Origin: Octopus sinensis
Lineage: Eukaryota
DNA length: 64,000 bases
Assembly (NCBI RefSeq): GCF_006345805.1
Contig: NC_043001.1
Location: 114,080,001 to 114,144,000 of the forward strand
Reading direction: 5' to 3'
Shown: positions 1-11,699 of the stretch, piece by piece
How positions within the stretch are numbered: the stretch's first letter is position 1
How the letters are laid out: each line of letters opens with the position of its first letter
Notes under the pieces: model-generated
What the model was told of the DNA's origin: nothing
Databases searched by the model: none
Seen by the model: the letters and a program-made list of their open reading frames with translations, nothing else
Translations under genes and position numbers: made by a program

Positions 1-450
1 AAAAAGATCATCAACAATTTTCAGAACTTTGTACTTGAATATTTCTCGTTTGCTTCGTATATAATCTAAGATTATCCCTTTTCTTATTTCATAACGAGTA
101 GATTGTTAGCCTAAAGGTTGTATTGAATTAGACGAGAATTATATGGAAAAGAAAATGAAAACTCAGTAAATATAATGTATTAGAAATGGTGTTTACATTA
201 TTACACATCTCCAGAAATATATAAGGAAGAGAGCAGGTGATGGAGGAGGAGGAGATTCAAAAAACACCGGCCTCAAAGAAAAATTATATGAAAATATAAA
301 CCAAAGAAAGTTTGGCAAAGATGCTAAGTTTCATATTCCATTACTATTTTGGAAAATTTAATATGGAGCAGCAACATGAATACACACATATGCATACAGA
401 TATGCATGTGTATATGTATGTTAGTATATGTGTGTATATATAAGTATATG

Positions 451-484
<34 letters not shown>

Positions 485-528
485 CGTATATATATATATA
501 TATGTATACACACACATATATATGCCAC

Positions 529-621
529 GGGCATATGATGTAGTGGTTAAGAGCGCGAGCTACTAAACCCAAGATACCGAGTTCAATTCCAAGCAGTGAC
601 CTAAATAATAACAATAATTGA

Positions 622-671
<50 letters not shown>

Positions 672-852
672 CGTCGAAAAATACATTAGGAATAAGAACA
701 CAGGTTCGAAATTTCCCCAAGACACCTGAAGAAGGCTGGAGAGTATATCAGCCGAAACGTTGTGTTAACAACAAAGAAGATGGGGACAAATATCATTAAA
801 TGTAAATAGTGTAAATAAAGCACATAATTCCTCATCTCTTAAATATAGAACT
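529..852 (+). mobile_element. tRNA-derived SINE with internal (AAT)n and 3' hammerhead-bearing tail, copy 1
   Basis: A-box-like TGATGTAGTGG and B-box-like GAGTTCAATTCC; internal (AAT)n ~620-670; tail CCCCAAGACACCTGAAGAAGGCTGG...CCGAAACGTTGTGTTAACAAC...CTCTTAAATATAGAACT shared with copies at 14317 and 43741. Confidence 0.85.
721..766 (+). ncRNA. minimal type-I hammerhead ribozyme motif
   Basis: GACAC-CTGAAGA-A-GGCTG(10 nt)CAGCC-GAAA-CG-TT|GTGTT: core CUGANGA and GAAA, 5-bp stem II, 5-bp stem I (one G-U), palindromic stem III AACGTT, GUU triplet. Confidence 0.7.
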
Positions 853-853
853 C

Positions 854-891
<38 letters not shown>

Positions 892-946
892 TGTGTGTGT
901 GGTGTGTGTGTGTGTGTGTGTGTATGTGTGTGTGTTTGTGTGTGTA

Positions 947-1180
947 GAGGTGCGTAGCTTAGTAGATAGCGTGTTGGACTCCATGATTAAGACTAATTTC
1001 GATTCCTGGACCGGCCGATGAGTTGTGTTCTTGAAAAAAACCTTCCATTTAACGTTGGTCTAATACACTCATATCGTAAAAATGATTAATGCTGCGACGG
1101 ACCGGTGTCCTCCAGGAAGTGGAGGGGAATGTAGGTGTCACGGATAGCGGGAAACCGGCCCTATGAGTCTATATGAGTCA
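947..1180 (+). mobile_element. degenerate tRNA-derived SINE (CORE-like body)
   Basis: Head GGTGCGTAGCTTAGTAG...TTCGATTCCTGG followed by TTGTGTTCTTGA..., resembling the minus-strand head ending at 31163. Confidence 0.55.
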
Positions 1181-1799
1181 TGTTCCTTCATGACTTATAT
1201 TCATATTTATATAACGAATTAGGCAAAGATACATAGACAGTCAAAGTCTAAATATAAATGTGCCTGTAAATGAAGATAGATATAAACCGAGTTACAGGCA
1301 TATCCGATCTGTCTATCTGTCTATTTATCTACCGATATATACATTTGTGTATGTGTTTGTGTATACGCATCTCTTTGATTAATGTTTGTCCCAATATACA
1401 GATCTACTTATAAACAACAACAAAAATTGTTTTCAAGTTTGGTGTCTCAAAATAAACTGCCTATCATTTGCACTGCGATATGTTAAAACATGTTGCATCT
1501 TCTTACCCTACACACGATGTCGAATATTTGTACCGACACAAGGGAATGTTCTAAGAATATGAACTGACATACTGTTAATATCCGAGGCAGCTTTTTCGAT
1601 AACAGATTCTAATTTAGCCGTTTGATGTTGTGGGGTCGTTTTGGTTAAAAATTTCGCATGGCCATCCGTTTTGCGAAAGACATGTGTTACTATTCAGTTT
1701 GACTAACCTTACAACATCATTTCTCCTCGTTTTCTCAATTTTATTTATCTACAGATAGACAGACACATACATACATACCTACATACATACCTACATATA

Positions 1800-2200
1800 G
1801 GCGCAGGAGTGGCTGTGTGGTAAGTAGCTTGCTAACCAACCACATGGTTCCGGGTTCAGTCAACTGCGTGGAATCTTGGGCAAGTGTCTTCTGCTATAGC
1901 CCCGGGCCGACCAATGCCTTGTGAGTGGATTTGGAAGACGGAAACTGAAAGAAGCCTGTCGTATATATGTATATATATATAAGTGTGTGTGAATATGTTT
2001 GTGTGTCTGTGTTTGTTCCCCTAGCATTGCTTGACAACCGATGCTGGTGTGTTTACGTCCCCGTCACTTAGCGGTTCGGCAAAAGAGAGCGATAGAATAA
2101 GTACTGGGCTTACAAAGAATAAGTCCCGGTGTCGATTTGCTCGACTAAAGGCGGTGCTCCAGCATGGCCGCAGTCAAATGACTGAAACAAGTAAAAAGAT
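1800..2200 (+). mobile_element. tRNA-derived SINE family A, full length
   Basis: Head GGCGCAGGAGTGGCTGTGTGG...GGGTTCAGTC, CTTGGGCAAGTG, internal TA/TG microsatellite, tail GGCGGTGCTCCAGCATGGCCGCAGTCAAATGACTGAAACAAGTAAAA; near-identical copies elsewhere in the window. Confidence 0.9.
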
Positions 2201-3900
2201 TAGAAAGAAAGAAAGATATATACATACATACATTTTAGCATTATATTTTTCCCGGTGCGTTAACGATTCTGCCATCTCTTCCCCCTAGTGCAGAATAAGA
2301 ATTCTAAGTCTAAAGTTAGTACTTGTTACTTGAATTATCCAAATTGATATTTGTACTGACTGTAAGTTGATACCCAGCATCCTGTGATGCAGGGTTCCTT
2401 GTTTTATACACATAATCTTATATGATGCACTCAAGGAATAATCCGTTTGGGTAACAATGGGTATTACTACGAGTAGCTTTTGCGCTTAAAATTGCATCAA
2501 ATCAGCCCTGATCTCGTCTTGCAATAAAAAAAACATACCATCCATAGCCATTACATCTATTATCAAACTAAGTATATCTCAGATTATATTATCCCTGTTT
2601 TTAATCTGTAGAAATGGATTTGAAAATAACCTGGAATACTTTTTCTAGAAACTGTTGACCACGTTGCAAATCTTCACATTTACGCCATAATAAATCCTTC
2701 ATATTGTAGTAATTCTGTGTTCTATTCCTCTTGCGACAATAGCCAACCGGGGTTTATCACATGAATTAAGTTTTAGGATTAAGCATAATTGTCCTCCTTT
2801 AACGAATGATTCTAATTATAAAAAGGCATGTAATTGAACCGAGGATTTTAAATCAGATGGATTGACTTAGGAATGAAATCTGTCATTTATAAGGATACAG
2901 TTAGTCTATGCTGTCACTTTTGAATGTTACTGTATCACTGCTTGCTAATAACTAATTCAATGTCACGTGATAGCATTTGGCAAGTCGGGTCGCTTTAACC
3001 TGAAGCTTAATACTGCTTATACGTATAGACATGAATAAGTACATACATGCATATATGCATACATACATGCAAACATGTATACATACGCTTATATACATAA
3101 CATACATACATATGTATATATGTACACACATGTATATATGTATACACATACACACACACACTCACACATATATATGTATATATAAACACCACACACAAAT
3201 CTCAGGCACACACATGTATATATAAATTCTCTGTGTGTGTAACAGCGTGTGTGCACAAAGTTCAAATAAAGGTTAAGTATTAACTAATAGCGTTTTGAAG
3301 ATGATCTTACGATTCCATAATGATTTTATTACAACGCACCATACAGCACATTGAAATGGACAGATAACAACGATGTTAAGCAATTTGGACATTTCGAATG
3401 AAATTCCTGTTCTCTTGTGAGAAATGAATATTTCTTAGCCTTTTATTCTGTTAAGGGGTTATTCCATTAGAAAGGAGACATTATATCAAATATCTATAAA
3501 TTTCTTCAGATAAATTTAATAGGAAAACTTAATGGAATGATTGTCACGTGCAGTTATTGATTAGATCGGCTTAAAGCTATCAAAACAAATATGACAGTCT
3601 TGAAATTAAGGCTTGGGTTACACGCGTTATTTCCTCCTCGCTTGATTGTTGGCCGATTCGTTTTTGTCGCAGATGTTCAATGTTGGTGCCAGGACACGAC
3701 TTTCCTACACACATGCATATATATATAAACATACCAGTATAAAAATATATATATATTCTCTAAAAGAACAGCATTGTCAGTGACTTCGAAGTTTCGGTCG
3801 ACTGAGACATGTGAAAGAATAATAAATAGATACTCTACAAAATGTTTTGTGTATTGCTTCAGTTCAATATGAAATTGGTTTTATTATAAGTCGATATTAA

Positions 3901-4092
3901 GGTGGAGAGGTGGCCGAATCTTTAGGACGTCGGACAAAATATTTAGCGGCACTTCGTCTGTCTTTCACGTTGTGTGTTCAAATTCTGCCGAGGTCGACTT
4001 CGCTTTTCATCCTTATGAGATAGATGAAATAAGTACCAGTTGAGCACTAGATTCGATTAGGTCGACTAGCCCCAATTTCAGCCTTAGTGCAC
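3901..4092 (+). mobile_element. tRNA-derived SINE family B
   Basis: GGTGGAGAGGTGGCCGAATC...GTTCAAATTCTGCCGAGGTCGACTTCGCTTTTCATCC...ATAAGTACCAGTT; homologous to 10199 and 31225 copies. Confidence 0.8.
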
Positions 4093-4109
4093 AACCGAAA
4101 TCAGTTTGG

Positions 4110-4600
4110 ATAACGGTGGAGTTGGGTACCTCCGTTGGGTCGAATGGCGAGCCATGAGTAAGGACTGCATCTCGAAGTCATGGTCGTCACTAGAGAGCCG
4201 GCGAAAACGGAGGAACTGTGTGTAAGGGATGGACAGTTTGAAGTCGTTAGGGTAGGAGGGGGAATTGAGTTTAGCACGTCTTTACCCTTCAGTAAAATAT
4301 TTTGTTGTTTTTATGTTTTTGTCGGTTTGATACACCTACATGTCACCCTTATCCTCCGTTTAGGGTTTGAAGCCAAAACGTTGGCATTAGCATATCTCTG
4401 TACAAAGATTGAAAAAAAACATCCAATTGTCAGATCTTATTTGATCCGTTTTCAGTGTTAAGAACATGGTCAGCAAATGTGCAGAAAGTTTGCAGATAAG
4501 GATTGAAGTGAATATATCAATGTAGCTCTCCAGTGTCCTAACAATAAGCAAAGGCAATGGGTGGAGATAGTTACATAGTGTTAGGAAGTCTGATGATGAC
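4110..4600 (-). pseudogene. Penelope-like element reverse transcriptase relic
   Basis: Minus strand encodes ...SYIDIF... (decayed RYIDDIF) and NSPSYPNDFKLSIPYTQFLRFRRLSSDDHDF...QRRYP, matching the PLE RT thumb pattern S.HP...K.SIPYSQFLR.RRICS...RGYP. Confidence 0.7.
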
Positions 4601-4639
4601 CTCAAATACCGGTCTGAGACAGGGCAGGAAAAGACCCTA

Positions 4640-4843
4640 CTCTTTACTCTTTTACGCTTTTACTTCTTTCAGTCATTTGACTGCGGCCATGCTGGAGCAC
4701 CGCCTTTAGTCGAGCAAATCGACCCTGGAACTTATTCTTTCTAAGCCCAGTACTTATTCTATCGGTCTCTTTTGCCAAACCCCTAAATGACATACCAGCA
4801 CCGGTTGTCAAGCAATGCTAGGGGGACAAACACAGACACACAA

Positions 4844-4884
<41 letters not shown>

Positions 4885-5053
4885 CATATATACGACAGGC
4901 TTCTTTCAGTTTCCGTCTACCAAATCCACTCACAAGGCATTGGTCGGCCCGGGGCTATAGCAGAAGACACTTGCCCGATGCCACGCAGTGGGACTGAACC
5001 TGGAACCATGTGGCTGGTTAGCAAGCTACTTACCACAGAGCCACTCCTGCGCC
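4640..5053 (-). mobile_element. tRNA-derived SINE family A, full length
   Basis: Reverse complement of the 1800-2200 element, ending ...CCACTCCTGCGCC. Confidence 0.9.
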
Positions 5054-5351
5054 CGTGTAGTTACATTTTATATTTCATATTATTTCCTTTTCTCTTTTTT
5101 ACATAACACTTTTTACTTCGTTTTCCCTTTAATAGAGAGTTAACTCAAAATATTAGAGACATCTCTGACCCTTTCATATGCATAATAGTTCTCATCACAA
5201 ACAAAATTCTATTTTTTCTGTTTTATTTCATATTTGCTCTTACGTGTTTTGCTTTCCTAACATCCTGTTCTACGTTCCGTTGTCTCTTCCTTGCCTCATA
5301 ATATTCCGTGTTTTATCTGTGTGATTCCCATCTCACTATCAATCAATCGCA

Positions 5352-5700
<349 letters not shown>

Positions 5701-5974
5701 AACCATCTATATTTCTGTCTGTCTGTCTTTTGTATGTTCCTATTTACCACACACGCGCGTGCATACTCACGGACTCATATTTGTGTATATATATGTGTGT
5801 ATGTATCTGTCTATTTACGTATCAATCTTTGTATTTGTCTGATTATCTACCTCTCTATCTTTCTATCTATCTATGTATCTGTCTATCTACCTAGCCACAT
5901 GCTTGGGTGGGTGTGTTTATACGCACACAGACACACACACATATATGCATGTATACATATACACAATCACACCT

Positions 5975-6042
<68 letters not shown>

Positions 6043-6053
<11 letters not shown>

Positions 6054-6307
6054 ATTCGAGACAAAACCACTATTTTAAAACCAGACAAGGAAAGACTTAA
6101 TCAATACATAAAATTTTAACATAAATTAAATAAACTTCAAAATTTTATACTGATTAGAAGATTGAAAATCCACCTGAAGATTGTCGGAGCAGACATGAAA
6201 CATTTGTAGTGGCGGTTTATTTAATTTATATTAAAATTTTATGTATTGATTAAGTCTTTCCTTGTTTGGTTTTAAAATAGTGGTTTTGTCTAGAATTATA
6301 TTATATA
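6043..6307. mobile_element. fold-back element: ~92-bp inverted arms around a ~79-bp spacer
   Basis: Left arm TATAATATAATTCGAGACAAAACCACTATTTTAAAACCAGACAAGGAAAGACTTAATCAATACATAAAATTTTAACATAAATTAAATAAAC (to 6135) is the reverse complement of 6215-6307 with few mismatches. Confidence 0.9.
6170..6212 (+). ncRNA. type-I hammerhead-like motif in fold-back spacer
   Basis: CCAC-CTGAAGA-T-TGTC(GGAGCA)GACA-T-GAAA-CATTTG-TA|GTGG: 4-bp stem I, 4-bp stem II with a T-T closing mismatch, 3-bp stem III with a 2-nt loop, GUA triplet. Confidence 0.55.
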
Positions 6308-6383
6308 ATATTTTACTATAAAATTGGATTAACCCTAAATCTGATTTTTCCCTGTAATTTTGGATTCATTCCATAATATTTAT

Positions 6384-6434
<51 letters not shown>

Positions 6435-6482
6435 TATATTTTTATAGATCTATATATATCTATTCGCAAACAAGCATACACT

Positions 6483-6535
<53 letters not shown>

Positions 6536-7329
6536 GGGAGGAAAGCGAATAATGGTATATATACGTGGTGCATGTGCAATTTATTCAATTAGTTTTATTT
6601 CTTCTATATTTGACTCTGGTTGTGCCTCACTTAACTCTTCGTGAGTTGTTCAGTACTTTCAATGAACAAAACTTTGCTGAGATGACTGAACGCTTTGTAG
6701 ATATTATGTATATTTGCCTCCACACTCACAGACGCATCCACAAAGATGTGTACACGTGAGTGTATGTTTATTTATGCGTTTGCTCGTATATATATATAGA
6801 GAGAGAGACCTATATTTTTTCACACACGTAAAAAAAAGAGAAAAAAATATGTTCATTTTTGCTTTTGTTGCTTTTGCTGTTTGGATGTCGATCCGTTTGA
6901 TCATACGTGTTCAACAGACCTAAATGGAATGTTGGAGGCATTAAAAGCAGACGATTTAACGAAGCGTGTTATCCAAAGACTTAACACAGCAACTAAAGAA
7001 TGGAACGATATTATGAAAGGAGATTTAGCTATTACATTGGTACGCAGTCTAATAACTGTGCAGACGCTCTATTTTTTTCTTTACTGGATAAATGATACCT
7101 TACTAAAGTTACTTTATATTTATTTCCCAGCTGCAATCGATTTGGAAAAGTATAGCAATAACGATGCCCCTGAAACCGGAGCGATAGTAATTTAATGGGA
7201 AAAAATTGTAAATTAACATATTCAGTTATTCTAATTAATTTAAATAGATGTGTAATTAATAAATATTACTAAAATATATGTATTAAGTAAAGCTAACGTA
7301 AGTTGTCATTACTTTCATAGCTAGTTACC

Positions 7330-8360
7330 TTAAGATGTATTGACAACACAACCAATGGCCGCAAAGGCGAGTGCGTTATTATACGCTCGAATATTTCTTA
7401 TGAAATTGTTATCGTTCCATAACCACAAAATACCTGCCAACAAATTGTGAATGAATTGCGGCTGAAAGTGGTTCTGCTGGCCAGTGCTTCGAATAACAAT
7501 GTGGACATATATAATCACCCAAGCTGTCGCGGTAGTGAGAGCGGAATGTTACTTTCTATCAAATTTTCCTGCATTCCAAAGAAATTGTAATCTGTAACCC
7601 GTTCATTGTCATACTCAGCGAAGGAAATGCTTACTAAGGCATTATCATTCATTTGTATTTGCACTTGTCTTGATTTTTAGAGATTTTTCCATGTTACTTG
7701 GCGAGCTAACGTGTTCCTGCTCTGTTCCCAAGCTCTCATTTGAGGATTTCTCCGGTTTATTTGGCGAGCTAGCATATCCCTGCTCTGTTCCGACGCTCTC
7801 ACTTCTGTATCACGGCGAATTATATGAACTTCCGTATCCTTATTCTATTGGGCTTGTCTGTATTCACTGTTAGATTGTCTCATTTTTTATAGCAGCAGCT
7901 CTCCTGCTAGTTCTACCAATTCCTGATTTCCGTTTCCAGGCCATAATGGCGTGGAACGAAGGAGAATTTATCAAAGGATTACACAGCCTTAAGCATACAA
8001 TCGTTATTGACAAAGTTCATAGTAGTCATACACCGATAAAAGATGAGCCAAATCCATCACAATCATTCCTTAATAGAGCTTATGGCATAATTCAGTGGAG
8101 AAGTAAGTTGATTTACTTGCCTTCGCTTCTTTTATTAGGAGTTATCTCCCCTTACATTTTATTTACTTTTTTGTAAACCCATAAACTGAAACTTCGCCCT
8201 CAATATCCACGAAATGATCATTCTTTTTCACATTTTTTTGTCGCTAAAAACTTACCTGATCACCTACGTAACCCCGAAAAACATCGTGAACATTGGTCAA
8301 GCCATTTGACTGTCAGGAGGGTATAGACAGAGAGACGGAGATCACGCCCATTATGGTAAG

Positions 8361-8361
<1 letters not shown>
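7330..8361 (-). mobile_element. Helitron 5' portion (5' end, UTR, Rep N-terminus), 3'-truncated
   Basis: Minus: A|TC terminus at 8362|8361; ATG at 7944 MAWKRKSGIGRTSRRAAA; repeats EQSRDMLARQ/EQSRNTLARQ; CPHCYSKHWPAE zinc motif; FIRNIRAYNNALAFAAIG typical of the Helitron RepHel N-terminal region. Confidence 0.75.

Positions 8362-8431
<70 letters not shown>
8361..8431. repeat. (ATT)n / (TAA)n tract
   Basis: Direct reading; lies at the 3' end of the R4/Dong-like LINE. Confidence 0.95.
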
Positions 8432-8790
8432 GAATTTGACGTTCGGTCTTTTGCTTGGCAGGATTTATGTGGGTAGCTGGTTACTACCTGAAACCTTAAG
8501 TATCTACTAGCTTTCATTAATTTAAGTGCTTAGGATTCTTCTGATAATCTTTCCTTTCCCTGAGCGGCAAAATTTCAGTAGAAGATTTACAGGACATTCT
8601 ATTTCAATCTCCTTCGACCATTTGTCCATATCTTTGCTTAGAGTTCCCGATGGACCCTTTATTATAGGAACAATTTGTAGAGTTCCTTTATATACAGCTT
8701 TGCTGGAGGAAGAGGGTTATATTCAACCGTGCCCGAAAGTGTACTTATCTTATTTGTTTTCATTTTTTCTTTTGCCTGCTTCAAAATTTG
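8432..8790 (-). mobile_element. R4/Dong-like (REL-endonuclease) non-LTR retrotransposon 3' end
   Basis: Minus: LQIVPIIKGPSGTLSKDMDKWSKEIEIECPVNLLLKFCRSGKGKIIRRILST* resembles the REL C-terminus (IVPI++GALG...LQK..L.GTA+I+R.VL); short 3' UTR runs into (TAA)n. Confidence 0.65.
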
Positions 8791-9203
8791 ATAACATCAA
8801 CATATCCAGGAATAGATTGAACGATAAGATAGCGGGGAAACATCAGGTGCAACTAAAAGCGTGCACGAGAACAAGAACAAAAACGACAAAAAAAATGGAT
8901 ACAAAAACGATACCAACACGAGCAACAATAATACCAGCGGCAAAAAAAAAAGAGGACAGGAACCACACCTGCCAAAACGACAGTAACTACATCAGCAGCA
9001 ACAACAACAACAAAAACAGCAGTATCACCAGCAACAAAGGGAAAAATGCTTTATTGCGGCAAAAGTAATAATAATGGCGACATTAACAACCACAACCATA
9101 GCACGAGCAAGAGCAATAACAAATAATGTCGATGAGAAGGTGGTGGTTGTGAGGTACTCCATGCTCAAGGAATCGTTTGCTGGGAAGGCGACGGAAAACA
9201 CTA

Positions 9204-9237
<34 letters not shown>

Positions 9238-9493
9238 GAAACAACAAGAAAGCCCGTCTGACACAGGTGAATCAGGTCGTGAAGGTAAATGGGAGACGTT
9301 CAAAAGTCGCCATCCAAAACAATGTTCCGGAGGCAACTGCACGGAAGACGGTGTTGCAATGCTTTATTGTCAGCTAAAACCCGACATCTATAGGCAGCGA
9401 CACACGCTCATGTGCAATGAGCCCTGAATGTTCTGGTTCTTTTACAAAGTGACTTCAAATACTGTCGATGTCAACTTTGTATTTCAGCGTTTA

Positions 9494-9958
9494 TCTCTCT
9501 ATATATAAACGGCAGTTTGTCTGTCTGTGTGTCTGTGTGTCTGTCAGGTTGTACCCTCACCCTGACCACGGCTTTCAACCGATTCTGATGAAACTTGACA
9601 CACACATAGCCCAATGTCATACTTCAAATCTAACGCAGCGACAACTTTGAAAAGTTCCCCCAGTTCTGAAAAAATCGATAAATTCGACATGGGGTCGAGA
9701 ATCTAAGCCTTTTATATGCAACACATTTTCTGTGCTGTACGTGGGCTGTTCACGCGTTGGGAGGCACAATGATGTTTTCATGTTTTCGCCCAAAGAGACA
9801 GCTAGGAACATTGTATACACAGAAGTATTCGAGTGAAGAGAAGACGTTGCAACCTACACATGCGCCTTCGTTCCCTAGAGGGAAAGGACTAGATTGGGAT
9901 TAGTCATTGCCTACTAGGGGCTCTTACATACCCGGGCAACGCCGGGCTATGCTGCAAG
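9494..9958 (+). mobile_element. complete non-autonomous Helitron (~465 bp)
   Basis: A|TC 5' end (TCTCTCTATATATAAAC), CTGT repeats, retained helicase C-terminus LYVGCSRVGRHNDVFMFSPKETARNIVYTEVFE*, 3' hairpin CCCGGGCAACGCCGGG (9931-9946), CAAG|T end (one change from CTAG|T). Confidence 0.85.
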
Positions 9959-10198
9959 TGTTTTCATAAAATAATAAGCTACACAAGTATTGGTGTCGAT
10001 GTGATAGTACCCACTAACAACTCCGCTCAAAATTATTGCTCTTGAGCCCAAATTCAGGAAAATTATTGTTGACAATTTCTAAAATGTTCTTTAAAATAAT
10101 TATCACTAGCTTTCATTGAGAGTCACAGCCCCTCTGGTGTCATGATTAAATATGACCGGTTCCAGTTAATCAGTTCAGAATATTTAAAGGAATCCCAA

Positions 10199-10395
10199 GG
10201 CGGCGATCTGCCAGAATCGTTTGTACGCCGGGCGGAATGCATAGCGGCACTTCGTTCGTCTTTAAAATTTGCCGAGGTTGACTTTGCCTTTCATCCTTTC
10301 AAGGTCGATAAAATAAGTATCCGTTGAGTTGTGGGGTCGATGCAATCGACTTAACCCCGCCCCCGGAATTGCTATCCTTGTACCAAACTTTGTAA
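10199..10395 (+). mobile_element. tRNA-derived SINE family B
   Basis: GGCGGCGATCTGCCAGAATCG...GCCGAGGTTGACTTTGCCTTTCATCCTTTCAAGGTCGATAAAATAAGTA...GGGGTCGATGCAATCGACTT. Confidence 0.85.
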
Positions 10396-11139
10396 TCAGT
10401 GTCTTAGGAAATATTTTGTTGTCTCAACCAAAGAGAAGTAATCTTATGAATTCAGTAAAGAGTGTATCCTATTTTACCTTCGCTTTCTCTCTAAACGGTG
10501 AACAAAGTAGAGTCGTTTTAATTTTCATATTTCAGCTTCGACTCCTCCCAGACAGATTCTACTCAATATCTTTTATTATGAACATTATTGAAAAAATTCA
10601 GAGCGGTATTGCTTTCTATCATGTAAGCGTTTTTCTCGGTGCGTTAATGATTCTACCTCTTCGTTCCCATGTCTCATTTTCTGTTTACTGTAAGTTATCA
10701 CTTGCATGATATTTCAGTGAAATATCGGAATATCATGGAGAGACACACACGCTGAATCTCAACCGAAGATCTTTGGAGGCGGTGAAAATAAGAATGTTTC
10801 TGTCTTATGTAAATACTTATACACATATAAAGATTTGCTTAGCACTGGATTCTTGAATGTCTTCCAGAGAAAATACAACGATTTACATACACATTAACGA
10901 AAACAAAAATTGGGAATGGATTATTATTATTATGTTATCATATACCAGTATCTTATCGACATATGAACTACATGATCATAGCGTAAATATTTTTTTAATA
11001 CTGCACTGGAAGATGTCATATTGTTAGGAACGATTTTTCCGTAGAGTAAAACAAAAACACACACCTACATACACACACCTACACATACAAAAATGTATGT
11101 ATATACAATGTTTTCGGGCTATATTTGATGACTTTTCAA

Positions 11140-11450
11140 GGTGTTGGAGAGCATAAACTATAAGCTTGTAGTTACGAAAACGTTAGCTGACAAAGTGGAG
11201 AGGAAATCATATGGATATTGGAAAAGGGTTTCTTGCATCACGATGATTCGCAACGGATATGAAAACAGTGACACATTGACTGATGCTCAATGCTGTGTGA
11301 CCACTGTAAAGGTTATAAAACGTGGCATGGAACGTTGAAACGGAGACCACGAAACTGTGGCCAGCAGAAAGATACCCAGCAGGCATTTACTAAAATAAGC
11401 CAGAAACCATGGTCCAGGAATTAGATGGAAAATGTTTTTATATTTCATTC
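11140..11450 (+). mobile_element. possible highly decayed RTE LINE 3' fragment
   Basis: VLESINYKLVVTKTLADKVE..YGYWKRVSCI loosely follows the RTE post-RT pattern LLYG.E.W..TK.L..K+D..LRR+..I; weak. Confidence 0.3.
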
Positions 11451-11650
11451 CCTTCGAGAATTTATCCCTAATTAGTAGTTTGGACTTTAACTGTACTTTC
11501 TAGCGTAAAGGATTCCTATGATGGAAGCTTCTTAATGTGTCTTGATGTACACTGTATTTTATATGAATAATATATAGTCTATTGACTAACTTTTTTTACG
11601 CTAGGCCACTGGTAGTAGAAATTTCTAAAATTTTTATTACCCTGATAATA

Positions 11651-11688
<38 letters not shown>

Positions 11689-11699
11689 AATGTGACGAT

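Noticed and set aside
529-600. tRNA gene call for the SINE heads
   Set aside because: A/B boxes are present but there is no complete cloverleaf or acceptor stem, and each continues into SINE body; treated as SINEs, not tRNA genes.
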